Origin: a virus
DNA length: 64,000 bases
Direction: 5' to 3' (one strand)
IMG/VR virus record: IMGVR_UViG_3300044618_000713
Location: 1 to 64,000 of that record
Shown here in pieces: positions 8,926-19,088 of the stretch. Made by a program: the position numbers and the translations under genes. Below the pieces are notes generated by a model. That model was not told the DNA's origin. It worked only from the letters and a program-made list of their open reading frames with translations, and searched no databases. Within the stretch, counting starts at the first letter, position 1; every line of letters begins with the position of its first letter.

Positions 8926-9636
8926 TCAGTAATTTCCTGCAAAAATGTTGAACCGCTGGCGGGTTGCGACGATGCTGTAGGGCATCGACATGATGTCGTC
9001 GGGGTTGTTGATGCGCTTCAAGTTGCGCTTTGAAGTCATGGCGATGCGCTGCACCTGCCGCGATGGCTCAACGCCAAACTCAGGCGCCAGTTCACAAGCC
9101 AGATTGTAACGGAAGCAGCGCAGGTAACCTGGCGGAAACGCAAGGTCGGTCGCCAGATTGGCAGGCTGGGTCAGTTCCTCAACCGAAACAATGTGGAACT
9201 CCAGCACCTTGGTCGGCACCGGGTAGACGTACATCTCAACGTCGGGGTAGGTCATGTTGACCCACATCACCTGCGGGTAAGTGCTGGTGACGGTCTTGAC
9301 GGCGATGCCGTTGTACTGCTGCTGATTGATCAGCTTGAGCCCATAGGAAATGCCACTAGCCGGATCGCGGAAATATGTGCTGTCGTCGATGGCGATAGGC
9401 CGGTTAGCGACAATATCGCCGGTCGGCCCGAACGTGCGCGACCGTTGACCCGGTGGCCAAGTGACGACCTGATCCTGAGTAGAGAACACGGCGAGGCGCT
9501 CGGTGTTCCACGACTGGATCATCTGGTTCATGGCGGCAAGCGCGTCCTGCGCCGTCTCGGAAGACGACGTTTCGCCTTCGGCCAACTGACCGATAAGCCG
9601 CAAGGATCCGTTTATGATGTCGCCAGCCGTCGTCAT
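8926..9636 (-). CDS. P22 gp4-like head-to-tail adaptor
   Basis: MTTAGDIINGSLRLIG...DALAAMNQMIQSW...YNLACELAPEFG. Confidence 0.8.
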   Translation of the reverse strand: MTTAGDIINGSLRLIGQLAEGETSSSETAQDALAAMNQMIQSWNTERLAVFSTQDQVVTWPPGQRSRTFGPTGDIVANRPIAIDDSTYFRDPASGISYGLKLINQQQYNGIAVKTVTSTYPQVMWVNMTYPDVEMYVYPVPTKVLEFHIVSVEELTQPANLATDLAFPPGYLRCFRYNLACELAPEFGVEPSRQVQRIAMTSKRNLKRINNPDDIMSMPYSIVATRQRFNIFAGNY

Positions 9637-9637
9637 G

Positions 9638-9826
9638 TCATTCGTCCTGCGTTAGGCGGGGTCGCCCGCGGCGCCGGGGTTCAAGCATGACATTACTCGG
9701 TTCCGGCGTATCATTCAACTGTTCGTCCGGGTCAAACCGCACCCAACCGTGACTTTCGTCATACTGCGCTTCCATCTCCATGGTGGCAATCTTGACGCCG
9801 TGCTTGAAGTGACGAAGATAAATCAT
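9638..9826 (-). CDS. Hypothetical protein (62 aa)
   Basis: GGAGG RBS; RRRGRP C-terminal motif common in head-accessory genes. Confidence 0.6.
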   Translation of the reverse strand: MIYLRHFKHGVKIATMEMEAQYDESHGWVRFDPDEQLNDTPEPSNVMLEPRRRGRPRLTQDE

Positions 9827-9868
9827 GTTCCCTCCAGAAGAAGCGGGCGGCCGGAGCCGCCCGCAAGG

Positions 9869-10333
9869 TTACGAAGCCACCAGCGGAATGGAGAACCAGT
9901 CCGTAGTGTCATAAGCGACAAAAAAGCACGCCGTTTTGGCGGCCATGCTAAACGCAGTAGACCCGGCGACGCCGTTAATTTGGGCGGAACCCGGAGCGTA
10001 CACTTTGAGCGCGGCGTTAGCTGTGTCGTCGTTCTTGATGGCGATAACGCGACCAGCCGTAGGGGCCGGAAGGACGACACCCTTGGTGGCGTCAGCGGCA
10101 GTGACCCAACTGAATGACGCCGTCAGAGCCGTTGCATCAGCGCGGGTAGAACCGGCTGCGGCGGGCTTGGCGACATCAAGGTTGAGCGAGGACACAACCG
10201 CGCCAGAGAGAGTGCCGCCGGAAATGGCGGCGCCAGAGAGAGTGCCGCCGGAAATGGCGGCGCCAGTGATCGTGGTGCCCGAAACCAGTTCGGGATCGGC
10301 GTAAGCAACGCCCACAGGCTTTGTATTCGGCAT
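9869..10333 (-). CDS. Putative capsid decoration protein
   Basis: AAGGAG RBS; downstream of coat; Ala/Thr/Gly-rich. Confidence 0.6.
   Translation of the reverse strand: MPNTKPVGVAYADPELVSGTTITGAAISGGTLSGAAISGGTLSGAVVSSLNLDVAKPAAAGSTRADATALTASFSWVTAADATKGVVLPAPTAGRVIAIKNDDTANAALKVYAPGSAQINGVAGSTAFSMAAKTACFFVAYDTTDWFSIPLVAS
10200..10266. repeat. 30-bp tandem repeat (about 2.2 copies)
   Basis: cgccagagagagtgccgccggaaatggcgg twice; encodes GAAISGGTLS. Confidence 0.9.
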
Positions 10334-10353
10334 AGTAGTCTCCTTGATGAGTT

Positions 10354-10379
10354 AAGGCCCCCGCCGAAGCGGGGGCCTT
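10354..10379 (-). terminator. Strong hairpin with UUCG tetraloop after the head genes
   Basis: Minus strand AAGGCCCCCGC-TTCG-GCGGGGGCCTT; no U-tract, so possibly a stabiliser or weak terminator. Confidence 0.6.
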
Positions 10380-10384
10380 GTTGC

Positions 10385-10813
10385 TTAGGCAATACGATAA
10401 ATCGTAAATGCCGCGTCGCCCGTCTTGCGGAAACGGAAGATGCCGGACGTATTGCTGGTCGCGGTCAGAGAGTCCTGAATGACCGCATTACCGACAAGGG
10501 TGTTGCCCGTGCCAGCACCAAACGTCACGTCGTTGGCTGCGTCGTCGCCGATATTGATGAACGCGCAATCAAAGGTCGAACCAACCTTCATGCTGGGGAA
10601 CGCCGCATCAATAAGAGCGCCAGTCGGGAACGTGTAGGTGCCCGCAGACGTGCTGCCGCTGTCCATCGTGCAGACGCCCGTAGCCAGATTGGCTGCGGTG
10701 ATGGTTACGGTTGCGCCGGAAAGAACCGCCGGAGTGTCAGAGTTGTAGAAGCTGATTTCGCCCAGATTGCCGTCACCGACCTGGTAGCCACCAGCGCCAT
10801 TGGAAAGTGCCAT
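10385..10813 (-). CDS. Capsid-associated (decoration/cement) protein
   Basis: Directly follows coat; MALSNGAGGYQVGDGN N-terminus. Confidence 0.6.
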   Translation of the reverse strand: MALSNGAGGYQVGDGNLGEISFYNSDTPAVLSGATVTITAANLATGVCTMDSGSTSAGTYTFPTGALIDAAFPSMKVGSTFDCAFINIGDDAANDVTFGAGTGNTLVGNAVIQDSLTATSNTSGIFRFRKTGDAAFTIYRIA

Positions 10814-10837
10814 GTGAGTATCTCCTATCTTTACCTG

Positions 10838-12046
10838 TTAGCCCCAGATGCGCGCGGCCATCTGCGGACGGATGGTCGAGAAGCCGTACAGCACGTCGAT
10901 ACGGCAGGGGAGCCGGTCGTTGTTGATGTCGTACTGGCGCACGATACGCATCGAGATGCCGTTGTGAACCTGGCGGGAAGCCATATCCACACCGCTCGGC
11001 ATGAGAAGGTCAGCCGTGGCGAAGGAGATGGCGTCCTTGTGGTACACAAGGTTCTGCGGGTACTGGGTCGAAGCCGCGCCGATGAAGGTGACGGCCTTGC
11101 CGGTGATCGTCAGGGTGTTGACGGTCGCCAGAGCGTTGGACGGCGAGTAGAGCGCCGGGGACACAGCAAGCGTTACCGCGCCGCCAGACGTCGATGTGTT
11201 GGCGGCAGTCACGACGAACTGCTGAAGCGAACCCGTGCTTTCGCGGGTCTGCGGGTTGACGGAGAAGCAGTCAGCCACCGTGAACACGTCACCAACGGTG
11301 AAGGTCAGGGCGTTGCCAGCAGACGCGAGCGTGATGGTCGAAGCGCCTTCCGTAGCGTTGCCGTTGACGGTCGCGCCCGTGGCAGTACGCGAACCAGTCG
11401 TGTGCTGCTTGATGGACTGCGACATGTTGATCTCCTCGTAGCCGAGGATACCCTCACCCATCATGCCGTTCTTGAACTGGCGGGAGATCGTGTCAACGGG
11501 GTTGAAGAGACCCTTCATGCCTTCAACCAGACCCGCGTTGGCCGCCGGGTTCACCGTGGCGTAGCGGCTCGGCATCATGGCAGCGTACTCGTTCAGCTTC
11601 TGCTGGGCCTGAAGCAGGACAAGCGAAGTGGCCGGGGTCGTGCCGGGGGTGCCGACGGACGAGAAGATCGACTTGTAAGCATTGGCGACGTCAGCGTCGA
11701 TGGAGGACGCAAGCTGCGAGATACGCGGCTTGAGCACACGGTCGGCGAAGTCGTCGAGCTGCATGGTCAGTTCGGCCGACGTGAAGTTGACGCCAATGTG
11801 CTTCTGGCTGGAGACGGTGAGCGAGGTGTGCTGCTCGTTGTCGTCCTGCACCTGAAGGGCAGCACCGTCGGTCACCAGCGCACGGTCGGGCAGACGGATG
11901 CGGAGGGTAGAACCGATCTTGGCACCTTCGACAGCGAAGCTGTCGTCGTAGGCGCGGTTGACGTTGCGGGTGATCACCAGGTTGTTCTCAAGGATTTCGA
12001 GAGCCTTCCGGGTGATCATGTCGATAGTAAGAATGCTGTTAGCCAT
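10838..12046 (-). CDS. Major capsid protein, P22 gp5-like coat
   Basis: MANSILTIDMITRKALEILENNL...CRIDVLYGF. Confidence 0.92.
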   Translation of the reverse strand: MANSILTIDMITRKALEILENNLVITRNVNRAYDDSFAVEGAKIGSTLRIRLPDRALVTDGAALQVQDDNEQHTSLTVSSQKHIGVNFTSAELTMQLDDFADRVLKPRISQLASSIDADVANAYKSIFSSVGTPGTTPATSLVLLQAQQKLNEYAAMMPSRYATVNPAANAGLVEGMKGLFNPVDTISRQFKNGMMGEGILGYEEINMSQSIKQHTTGSRTATGATVNGNATEGASTITLASAGNALTFTVGDVFTVADCFSVNPQTRESTGSLQQFVVTAANTSTSGGAVTLAVSPALYSPSNALATVNTLTITGKAVTFIGAASTQYPQNLVYHKDAISFATADLLMPSGVDMASRQVHNGISMRIVRQYDINNDRLPCRIDVLYGFSTIRPQMAARIWG

Positions 12047-12061
12047 TGTCTTTTCCTTGGC

Positions 12062-12838
12062 TTAGCGTTTGCGTTGTGCCTCGTACTTCTTCGTCTGACG
12101 CAGCCGTTCTGCTTCAATCCATTCCGACGTTGACATGCTCTTGATAGAGCGCGGGTCGGTGGTGTCGAACGCAGGCGCACCAGAGGTGCGGGCCGTGACC
12201 GGACTGATAGGAGCCGGGGCGGTTGAAGTCTTCTTGGCCGGTGGAGACGACGCCAGTCTGGCCTCGATCTTCCCGATTTCCCGTGCCTGCAAGAGCGGGC
12301 TGAGGCGCGCAATCCGTTCGGCTTCCTTTGGGTTCGACCCCAAGTGATAGATCACATCGGGACCGATCTCGGAAGACTGAATGGTTTGCGCCATCGTTTC
12401 CGTGATTGGCAGCTTCGGGTTGTAGGCGACCTGTTCAAAGTCGTCGTACTTGCCGCGGGCTTCCTCTTCACGGTCCTGATAGGCTTCGAGCGTTGCCGTG
12501 CGTTCCGCCTCCGCTTCCCGCTGGGCCAGCATCTCTGCCGCCTTGCGTTCCGCCATGGCTTCTGCGTAGGCTTGCGCGTTGGTGAAGTCGTCGGGCTTCA
12601 GCGGTTCCGGCGGTGGTGCCGGGGACTGGGCCGTCTGCTTCCGCGCTTGCTCGCGCTCCCATTTCCGTTGTTCTCTTGCGAGACGTTTGCCGACGATGGC
12701 GTCCAGTTCTTCCTGAGAGAAGGTCTTGGGCGCATCCGTAGGCGTCGGTTCCGGCGATGAATTGTCTGGTTCAGAAACGGGGGCCGCCGTGGGAGCCTGT
12801 TCCGGCGCGGTCGCAACCGCTAGTTCGTTCTCGGTCAT
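12062..12838 (-). CDS. Scaffolding protein
   Basis: Acidic/Pro-rich N-terminus, KTFSQEELDAIVGKRLARE, coiled coil; precedes coat. Confidence 0.85.
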   Translation of the reverse strand: MTENELAVATAPEQAPTAAPVSEPDNSSPEPTPTDAPKTFSQEELDAIVGKRLAREQRKWEREQARKQTAQSPAPPPEPLKPDDFTNAQAYAEAMAERKAAEMLAQREAEAERTATLEAYQDREEEARGKYDDFEQVAYNPKLPITETMAQTIQSSEIGPDVIYHLGSNPKEAERIARLSPLLQAREIGKIEARLASSPPAKKTSTAPAPISPVTARTSGAPAFDTTDPRSIKSMSTSEWIEAERLRQTKKYEAQRKR

Positions 12839-12942
12839 TCACTTACCTTTCGGTTCCTGGCGTACCCTGCCAGTAGGGTTAGGCTTTGTGTAACCCAATT
12901 TGTTACGGGTTAGCAACCCTGACGTTTTATGCGTTGGAAACA

Positions 12943-15075
12943 TCAAGGTCTGAACGACCCGTCATATTGGATGCAATTAATAAATTTGTTTGTTGCAGAG
13001 CCAGTGCCAGTGGAGAATAAACTGTTTGCGTTGTTAGTGCCAGAGTTTCTGGCGACAGCATTGTTTACGACTACATACGAACAGTTATTGAGGTATATAC
13101 CATAAGTAGACGGATGGTTGTTGTCGTTGTAACAAACAGACCGAACTTCACCATACAAAAGTCCGCTTACCTCAACAGCCCTAGATGCGTTTGTGCCGCA
13201 ATTTCGGATAAAATCCCGCCCAAGCGAAACACCGTAAGACCCGGCTGCAACAAGACCTTGCAACGGAAACCCGACAACAGTGTTACCATCGGTCCTTACA
13301 AAGTTTGATGTTGAAAGATTTATGCCGCGCTGCGTTGTTGTTACCCCGTCAGCGGTAACACTGTTGTCTTTCACAACCAAATCGTAGTTGTAATTGGCAG
13401 AGATGCCTGTTGTAGACCCCCTGACAATATTACCTTCGACCAGAACACGTGCGCTCGTCCCCATACTGATTGCGCCTTGTCCACCAGTGTTGTCGTGGAC
13501 AAAATTGTTTCTGACGATGATGTTATCGTTATTACCTTCGCGGCCATACACACCCCAACCACGCGCGGCGAGGACCGGGTTAATACTTAGTGTTCCAGAA
13601 CCTGCATCTGGAAACGAAGATACCTCTTGCCACCCAAAAGCAACGCCAATCTTAATTTTTGACTGCGTAGCGTCAATGTCAACAATCTGATAGCGGGTGT
13701 CGGTAACGTTTGCAGGCCATACAGCACCAGAGGCTGTCTGTTTCACCAGCCACATGCCGACGTTAATACCTAAGTCGTCAGTCAACCTATCGACGCCAGC
13801 GGTGCCGCTTGTTACAGTCATGAAGCCTGTCGCAAGATCGAAGTTAGAAACCCCTAACCTATCCCCTGTGCGATATACGGGGTCGTCAAATTGGGTGCCA
13901 CCAGCAGCAGACGCGATACCTCCACCCGCATTATTAAACACTTCATTTTCTTCAATAATTACTTCGCTACCAAAAACGACAATAATGCCCGTGTTGTCAT
14001 TATTGTATACGCGATTGCGCCTAATGACACACTGCATAATTGCCGATTGGCCGTTTGCCATGTAAAGATTTGCTTCAACGTCGATCCCAGCTTGAGGCGA
14101 ATTAGTAACGGCCCCAGAAAGATCGCAACCCTCAATCAAACACCCATGCACGGCAACCACCGAGATCACGTTACGCCCCGGATTGGTGCCCTTGCAATCT
14201 ATGATGCTGATGTTTTTTGAAACATTGTTGGCGGCGGGGTTGCCACCAATGTAGAAACAGTCATCACCGCCGCCGCCGGACCCATCGGCCCACAGGCCGC
14301 GCACAGAACACCGATCAGCACCTTGCAAGATGTAAATGTTATGGCTGCTTTGTGAGCCGTCCATCGTGGTCTTTGCGCCGTACCCCCAAATATGAACATC
14401 AGGCTGTTGAATCTGAAAACAGCGAGAACCGCCGCTAATCGCGACAATGTTTACCCCCGGCTCAAGAAAAATAAACGTGTCGGCGACTGGAATAATCCGG
14501 TCTGTTAGATAAGTCCCCTTGGGAAAATACAGAGTTTTTCCTGCGGCAGCAGCAACAGCCGCATAGATAGCCGTCGTGTCAATCGTAATGCCGTCTCCAG
14601 CAGCACCAAAGTCTTTCACGGATATAATATCGCGCATTTTATCTTGAGCGGATCGTGCAACTGCACCCGCGCCAGAAGATAAGAAACCGATCCAGTCAGA
14701 CCCATCTGCATCCGCCAAATCTTCAACATTACCGATTTGGTTATTAAACCCAGTAAAAGTAATCTGAGATGCGGGCGGGGGTGCAGGAACAGAGACGTTG
14801 TCGTATGTACCCAACAAAACCGACGCAGATGTGTTGATAACAAATTTGTAATCTGAACCCTCAGTCAACCAAATCTGGCCACCTGGCACACGCCCCGCGC
14901 TGTCTAACACGATAGGGTTAGTGTGCGGCGTGCCGCCCGTTACAGAAGTGTATGTAGTTTGCGGCGTAGTCGTACCGGCTGCGTAGGTATATATTTTACC
15001 CCCGGACAACGGTTGACCGTTGTTGTCAAAAAACTGACCTGCATAACCGCCAATAGGCGAGGGATTAACTGGCAT
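12943..15075 (-). CDS. Tailspike / depolymerase with parallel beta-helix
   Basis: N-terminal QFFDNNGQPLSGGKIYTYAAGTTTP attachment domain; SVKDFGAAGDG..DTTAI pectate-lyase-3 start; Asn/Gly beta-helix repeats; lower GC. Confidence 0.85.
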   Translation of the reverse strand: MPVNPSPIGGYAGQFFDNNGQPLSGGKIYTYAAGTTTPQTTYTSVTGGTPHTNPIVLDSAGRVPGGQIWLTEGSDYKFVINTSASVLLGTYDNVSVPAPPPASQITFTGFNNQIGNVEDLADADGSDWIGFLSSGAGAVARSAQDKMRDIISVKDFGAAGDGITIDTTAIYAAVAAAAGKTLYFPKGTYLTDRIIPVADTFIFLEPGVNIVAISGGSRCFQIQQPDVHIWGYGAKTTMDGSQSSHNIYILQGADRCSVRGLWADGSGGGGDDCFYIGGNPAANNVSKNISIIDCKGTNPGRNVISVVAVHGCLIEGCDLSGAVTNSPQAGIDVEANLYMANGQSAIMQCVIRRNRVYNNDNTGIIVVFGSEVIIEENEVFNNAGGGIASAAGGTQFDDPVYRTGDRLGVSNFDLATGFMTVTSGTAGVDRLTDDLGINVGMWLVKQTASGAVWPANVTDTRYQIVDIDATQSKIKIGVAFGWQEVSSFPDAGSGTLSINPVLAARGWGVYGREGNNDNIIVRNNFVHDNTGGQGAISMGTSARVLVEGNIVRGSTTGISANYNYDLVVKDNSVTADGVTTTQRGINLSTSNFVRTDGNTVVGFPLQGLVAAGSYGVSLGRDFIRNCGTNASRAVEVSGLLYGEVRSVCYNDNNHPSTYGIYLNNCSYVVVNNAVARNSGTNNANSLFSTGTGSATNKFINCIQYDGSFRP

Positions 15076-15144
15076 ACTTATACCCTCAATATATCCGTTA
15101 ACAAAAACGTGTGCGCGACAGCCATGACAAACAAACTAAGCATG

Positions 15145-16293
15145 TCAGTACGCTTTCGTCACACTGTTAGTCCATGCCTCAGCAGAGGCAATCGTTGAGG
15201 CCGACAGATTTGTTGCGGAGAAACGCGCAATTAAGCTATAGAGCCTGCCGTTAAAATATCCAGCCGCAGTAGCTTGTCTGCCTATGTATAGTACCTGCGA
15301 ACCAAAACTTGTCACCCCACTATCCGTAGCAGAGCCCGTTGCCTTGACCGTTCCGTTTTCTCTCAAGGAAATTTCACCTGCTCCTGCTGCGGCGGCGTCA
15401 TACAGAGTTGAAAACACAACTGTATACGGCGCGACTTTGGTAACGCGCGGTGACAAGTTAAGAGCCGACCCATATAGAACGGCGCGGTAGGCATCCGTCG
15501 AACCATCGCCAGTAATAAGACGCATCATGGCATCTGTCGCAGTAGTAGTGGTATCGCCAAACTGCCACACGGGGCTATTGTTTGACCTTGGCAATCCTAC
15601 TCTGGTGCCTGCAAACATCTGCGCTTTTGTTACGCTGCCAGGGTTAATGCTCGCCGTGGCAAGAAAATCCGCCGTACCATCAAAGAAAAGGTAATACGGG
15701 AAATTTGTGGTGTCGTAATCAGTAGCTGTGGTGACACGCTGATAGGCTGGGAGACCTACGCCATCGCTGGTGACGCGGAGATCTGCGTTTGTAACCGTTC
15801 CCGATACGGTAATGGTAAGCGATCCGGCAGTGCAAGTAATAGAGTTGCTTCCTGCGGTATACGTTCCGGTGGCTGTACCCGATAACGTGACGGAACCATC
15901 GCCGCTAAAGGCGAGCGTGTAAGCCGTTGCAACAGTTGTTACCGATTGCGTAGACAGCGTAGCCGTAGCCAAAAGCTGGTTCACCCTAGCACTCAGCACG
16001 GGGCAAGAGGCTGGTGTGGCTTGCGTGGCGGTGTTGCCGCGACCGGACTTGTCAAGAATGCGGCCTACAGATTGCTCCACCGCTGTAACAGGCGTGGTCC
16101 CCGCGCTGTCTTGGAACATCGTGGTGAAATCGGACGGGTCGTACCAAACACCTTGCTCGCCCGCTGCAAAAAGCGAAGCAGGGTTAAATGCTTGACCTGC
16201 CGACAGCATCATCACGCCGTAACTGGGCTGGTAATAGTCCAGATACCGCTTAATGCGGTCGCCGCCATCAAAACCAGCCGGGGAGCGGATCAT
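15145..16293 (-). CDS. Head/tail fibre with lectin (LamG-like) domain
   Basis: WYDPSDFTTMFQDS...ILDKSGRGN; YIGRQ...YFNGRLY; close homolog at 51274-52452. Confidence 0.7.
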   Translation of the reverse strand: MIRSPAGFDGGDRIKRYLDYYQPSYGVMMLSAGQAFNPASLFAAGEQGVWYDPSDFTTMFQDSAGTTPVTAVEQSVGRILDKSGRGNTATQATPASCPVLSARVNQLLATATLSTQSVTTVATAYTLAFSGDGSVTLSGTATGTYTAGSNSITCTAGSLTITVSGTVTNADLRVTSDGVGLPAYQRVTTATDYDTTNFPYYLFFDGTADFLATASINPGSVTKAQMFAGTRVGLPRSNNSPVWQFGDTTTTATDAMMRLITGDGSTDAYRAVLYGSALNLSPRVTKVAPYTVVFSTLYDAAAAGAGEISLRENGTVKATGSATDSGVTSFGSQVLYIGRQATAAGYFNGRLYSLIARFSATNLSASTIASAEAWTNSVTKAY

Positions 16294-16565
16294 GCGTAGT
16301 AAGACACGTTGATGGTTGCGGAAGCCGTCTGCTGGATGAACTGGATGGCCTTGAGGTCGCCGTCGTAGGACAGCGACACGCCCGTGGCCAGCGGCATCCC
16401 GACCGAGGCGGTCGGCGCCGTGCCGTCATCGCGCCAGCGAACGGCCTGCGTCTCCGCAACGACCAAGGCCAGAGTGGCCCCGACCGGGACGGTCAGCGCA
16501 GTCGATGCAGACAGGCTGGTGATCTGCTGGTAGCCCAAACACTGCGTGGTGGTCTTAAGGCCCAT
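16290..16565 (-). CDS. Small beta-sandwich virion protein (possible fibre base)
   Basis: AAGGAGG RBS; VRWRDDGTAPTASVGM motif; coupled to the fibre gene. Confidence 0.6.
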   Translation of the reverse strand: MGLKTTTQCLGYQQITSLSASTALTVPVGATLALVVAETQAVRWRDDGTAPTASVGMPLATGVSLSYDGDLKAIQFIQQTASATINVSYYA

Positions 16566-16575
16566 GATAGCCTCC

Positions 16576-16941
16576 TTATGCGAGGAACTTGAGTTTGTAA
16601 ATCGTAGTATAGTACAACCCTACGATCTCGTCGATGACGTTCTGAAGTGGCGTGCAGTCCTTGTCTACCACCTTATACCGAATGTCTTCAATTTCTGTCG
16701 CCTGCCGCTCAAGAAATTCCAGCACGTTGCTGGACTTGTCCGCCGACATCAGCATGACCGGCCCGATCAGGCCGTACTTGCCCTGGTACATTTCGGCAAA
16801 CTTGTCGGCAAGGTCGATGATTGCCGGGTAGAACTTACCCAACGCCTTGTGCTTGGCAAACGACCGTGTGTTGAGGTGTGCCGAGTGCGTTACGTCGCGC
16901 GCAAGGAACAGCATACCTAGAAACTTGTCGCAACCGCTCAT
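16576..16941 (-). CDS. Ferritin/Dps-like four-helix protein (DUF5856-like)
   Basis: H..HL.T.SFA.HKAL..FY......AD.FAE.YQG...LQNVIDEI...YKLKFL. Confidence 0.7.
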   Translation of the reverse strand: MSGCDKFLGMLFLARDVTHSAHLNTRSFAKHKALGKFYPAIIDLADKFAEMYQGKYGLIGPVMLMSADKSSNVLEFLERQATEIEDIRYKVVDKDCTPLQNVIDEIVGLYYTTIYKLKFLA

Positions 16942-19088
16942 ACAGGGGCTCCTTCAACAGGCATTTCGGGCGGCAGCGGCATCTGGCGTTCGGACGGCTG
17001 CGGCATCGTCGGGCGTCCGTTTGAGATGTCGCCCGTTTCGATGGCCGCTGCGATGGTGCCCATGACGATGTCCTGTATCTGGTCAGGCGTCATGGCGTTC
17101 TGGACCGCCGAGATGCGCTTGGTCTCGGCGTCATACGCTTTAATCTGCAACTCCTGCGCTTCCATCGAGTTCTGGATGTTCTCGACCATACCCATGGTTT
17201 GGTTGAGCTGCTGGGTCAGCGCCTCGATCATCTGCTCGGCAGACTGGAGTTCCGGCGACTTGTCGTCCTCGGCCAGCACTTTCGGGTCGATGATCTTCTT
17301 GAAGCGGGCCGCCATCTCCTGCGCACCCGGCCAGTCCATGTTCTTGATGAACAGGTCGCCCGCCACCTGCCACAACTGCGGGCTGGTCTGGAGGATGTTG
17401 GCCATGGCCTCGACGGCCTCCTGGCGCTTGGTCAGATAGCTCGGGCCCGTGGTGATGACGACGTCGTAGGTGCCGACCGTCGGGTTGTAGATCTTCTCAA
17501 TGACGTTGCCCGCAGCGTCCATGATCGGCTTGACCGGCTCGGGCTGCTGCGGGTTGATCTTGGCCATGCCAACCTCACCGTCAACGCCGATGATGCGCGC
17601 GATGCGCTCGGTGTCGTAGATCTTGGGGATCATGTCCACAAGCTGGCGGGTGATGTGGCGGATGGCGCGGCCGAGGTTGTCAACGTAGTGGTAGGTGCCC
17701 GTGTCGCCCTCCTGCACGCGCGCGAGGATGGCCTTGCCAGAGCGTTCGTTGCCCTGCTGGCCGAGGCTGGCGTTGTACTGGCCGGTCGTAGACTTGATGT
17801 CCTCCGCGGCGCCCATCTTGGCCTGAATAAGGCCCGTCTGCGCCATTGGCGGCTGAGAACGCTGCGGGAGAGGCAGGACATTTCCCGCGCCGTCGGTCAC
17901 ATCCGGGTTCACTTCGAGGTACGGCCAGTTGGTCGTGTTGGCCGTCTTCCACTGCATCTCGTATCCTTCAAACTGGCCGCCATAAGCAACGAAGGGTGCC
18001 TTGGGCGCCAAGGCCAGCATCTCGGCCTCCTGGCTGGTCCAGTAGTTGTACATGCGCTGCGCGTCCTTGGCGTTGCGCACCAACCCGGAGATGTACAGGC
18101 GTCCGTCTACCTCAAACTCGTTGCCGACGACCCGCACGACCGGGATGTACTTGCCGATCCACTCGCGTTCGTCCAGCACCTCGTAGCCGTTGGTCTTGAC
18201 CCACATGACCTTGCGGCGGTCAACGGTGCGGGTGCGCACCGGCTGGCCAAACATGGCCTTGAGCTGTCCGTCCTGCGGCGTACCGTTGAAGGCCGTCACG
18301 TTGCCGGGGTACAGGTTCAGCTTGGCCTTCTCATGGTCGATGTAGAAGTATTCCGCGATACGGACGGTGTTCTGACTAATCCATTGGCTTAGTGACTGGT
18401 CGCCAATACCCTGCGCCATGATGGACGTGATGGGTGCTGCGTCGGGGAACATCCGCTCAAACTCTTCCTTGAGCAGGTCTTCCGTAATGAAGCACCACTT
18501 GGCGTCGGACCCGCACGGGTCTTGGATCGTCGGGTCCATATAGACGCTGAACGAGTTGCGGATGCGGCCGATGCGCAGATCCTGATCAAAACTGTCTTCT
18601 CGTGCATATTCTGTCAGGATGCGGATGTAGCCCTCGCCGTAGGTCACCTGGTTGTCGCAGGCGGTGTCGTAGGCCACGTCGGCGTCCGACATATACTCGA
18701 TGTGCCGGATGATGCCGTCGAAAACCTCGGCCACTGCCACGTCGGCGTTGTCGTCAGCCGGGATCACCTTGCCGCTGGGCCGGTTCTGCCGCTGCTGGTT
18801 GGTGACCTGCCGGACGTGCTGCGGCAGCTTGTTGATGGTCAGACAGGGGCGCGCGTTGATCGTCTGGCCCTGCACAGAGCCACGCGTCGCCAGCACGTCG
18901 GCGGGCCACTGCCACTGGTTGTCGGGCGAGCCTGCCATGAAGCGCAGGTCGTCCAGTTCGTCCTCGCGGCTTTCGCCCAAGGCAGAAATGGCCATGGTAA
19001 AGCGCGACCGCATGGTCGAGAGCATGTCGCTCTTGTCCGTACCGCCGTTGGCGACCTTGGCCGCGCCTTTCAGACCATCATCAGCCAT
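16938..19088 (-). CDS. Portal protein, P22-like
   Basis: 716 aa; QWP...RPCLTINKL, AKDAQRMYNYW, SGKAILAR motifs. Confidence 0.92.
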   Translation of the reverse strand: MADDGLKGAAKVANGGTDKSDMLSTMRSRFTMAISALGESREDELDDLRFMAGSPDNQWQWPADVLATRGSVQGQTINARPCLTINKLPQHVRQVTNQQRQNRPSGKVIPADDNADVAVAEVFDGIIRHIEYMSDADVAYDTACDNQVTYGEGYIRILTEYAREDSFDQDLRIGRIRNSFSVYMDPTIQDPCGSDAKWCFITEDLLKEEFERMFPDAAPITSIMAQGIGDQSLSQWISQNTVRIAEYFYIDHEKAKLNLYPGNVTAFNGTPQDGQLKAMFGQPVRTRTVDRRKVMWVKTNGYEVLDEREWIGKYIPVVRVVGNEFEVDGRLYISGLVRNAKDAQRMYNYWTSQEAEMLALAPKAPFVAYGGQFEGYEMQWKTANTTNWPYLEVNPDVTDGAGNVLPLPQRSQPPMAQTGLIQAKMGAAEDIKSTTGQYNASLGQQGNERSGKAILARVQEGDTGTYHYVDNLGRAIRHITRQLVDMIPKIYDTERIARIIGVDGEVGMAKINPQQPEPVKPIMDAAGNVIEKIYNPTVGTYDVVITTGPSYLTKRQEAVEAMANILQTSPQLWQVAGDLFIKNMDWPGAQEMAARFKKIIDPKVLAEDDKSPELQSAEQMIEALTQQLNQTMGMVENIQNSMEAQELQIKAYDAETKRISAVQNAMTPDQIQDIVMGTIAAAIETGDISNGRPTMPQPSERQMPLPPEMPVEGAPV

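Noticed and set aside
10814-12133. 439-aa plus-strand ORF, and similar ones at 17199-18392, 20855-22015, 33102-34163 and 53596-54579
   Set aside because: Antisense shadows of coat, portal, terminase, DUF2800 and MCP caused by codon bias
15145-16293. Diversity-generating retroelement template/variable repeat pair with 51274-52452
   Set aside because: No reverse transcriptase; differences are spread throughout and not adenine-specific
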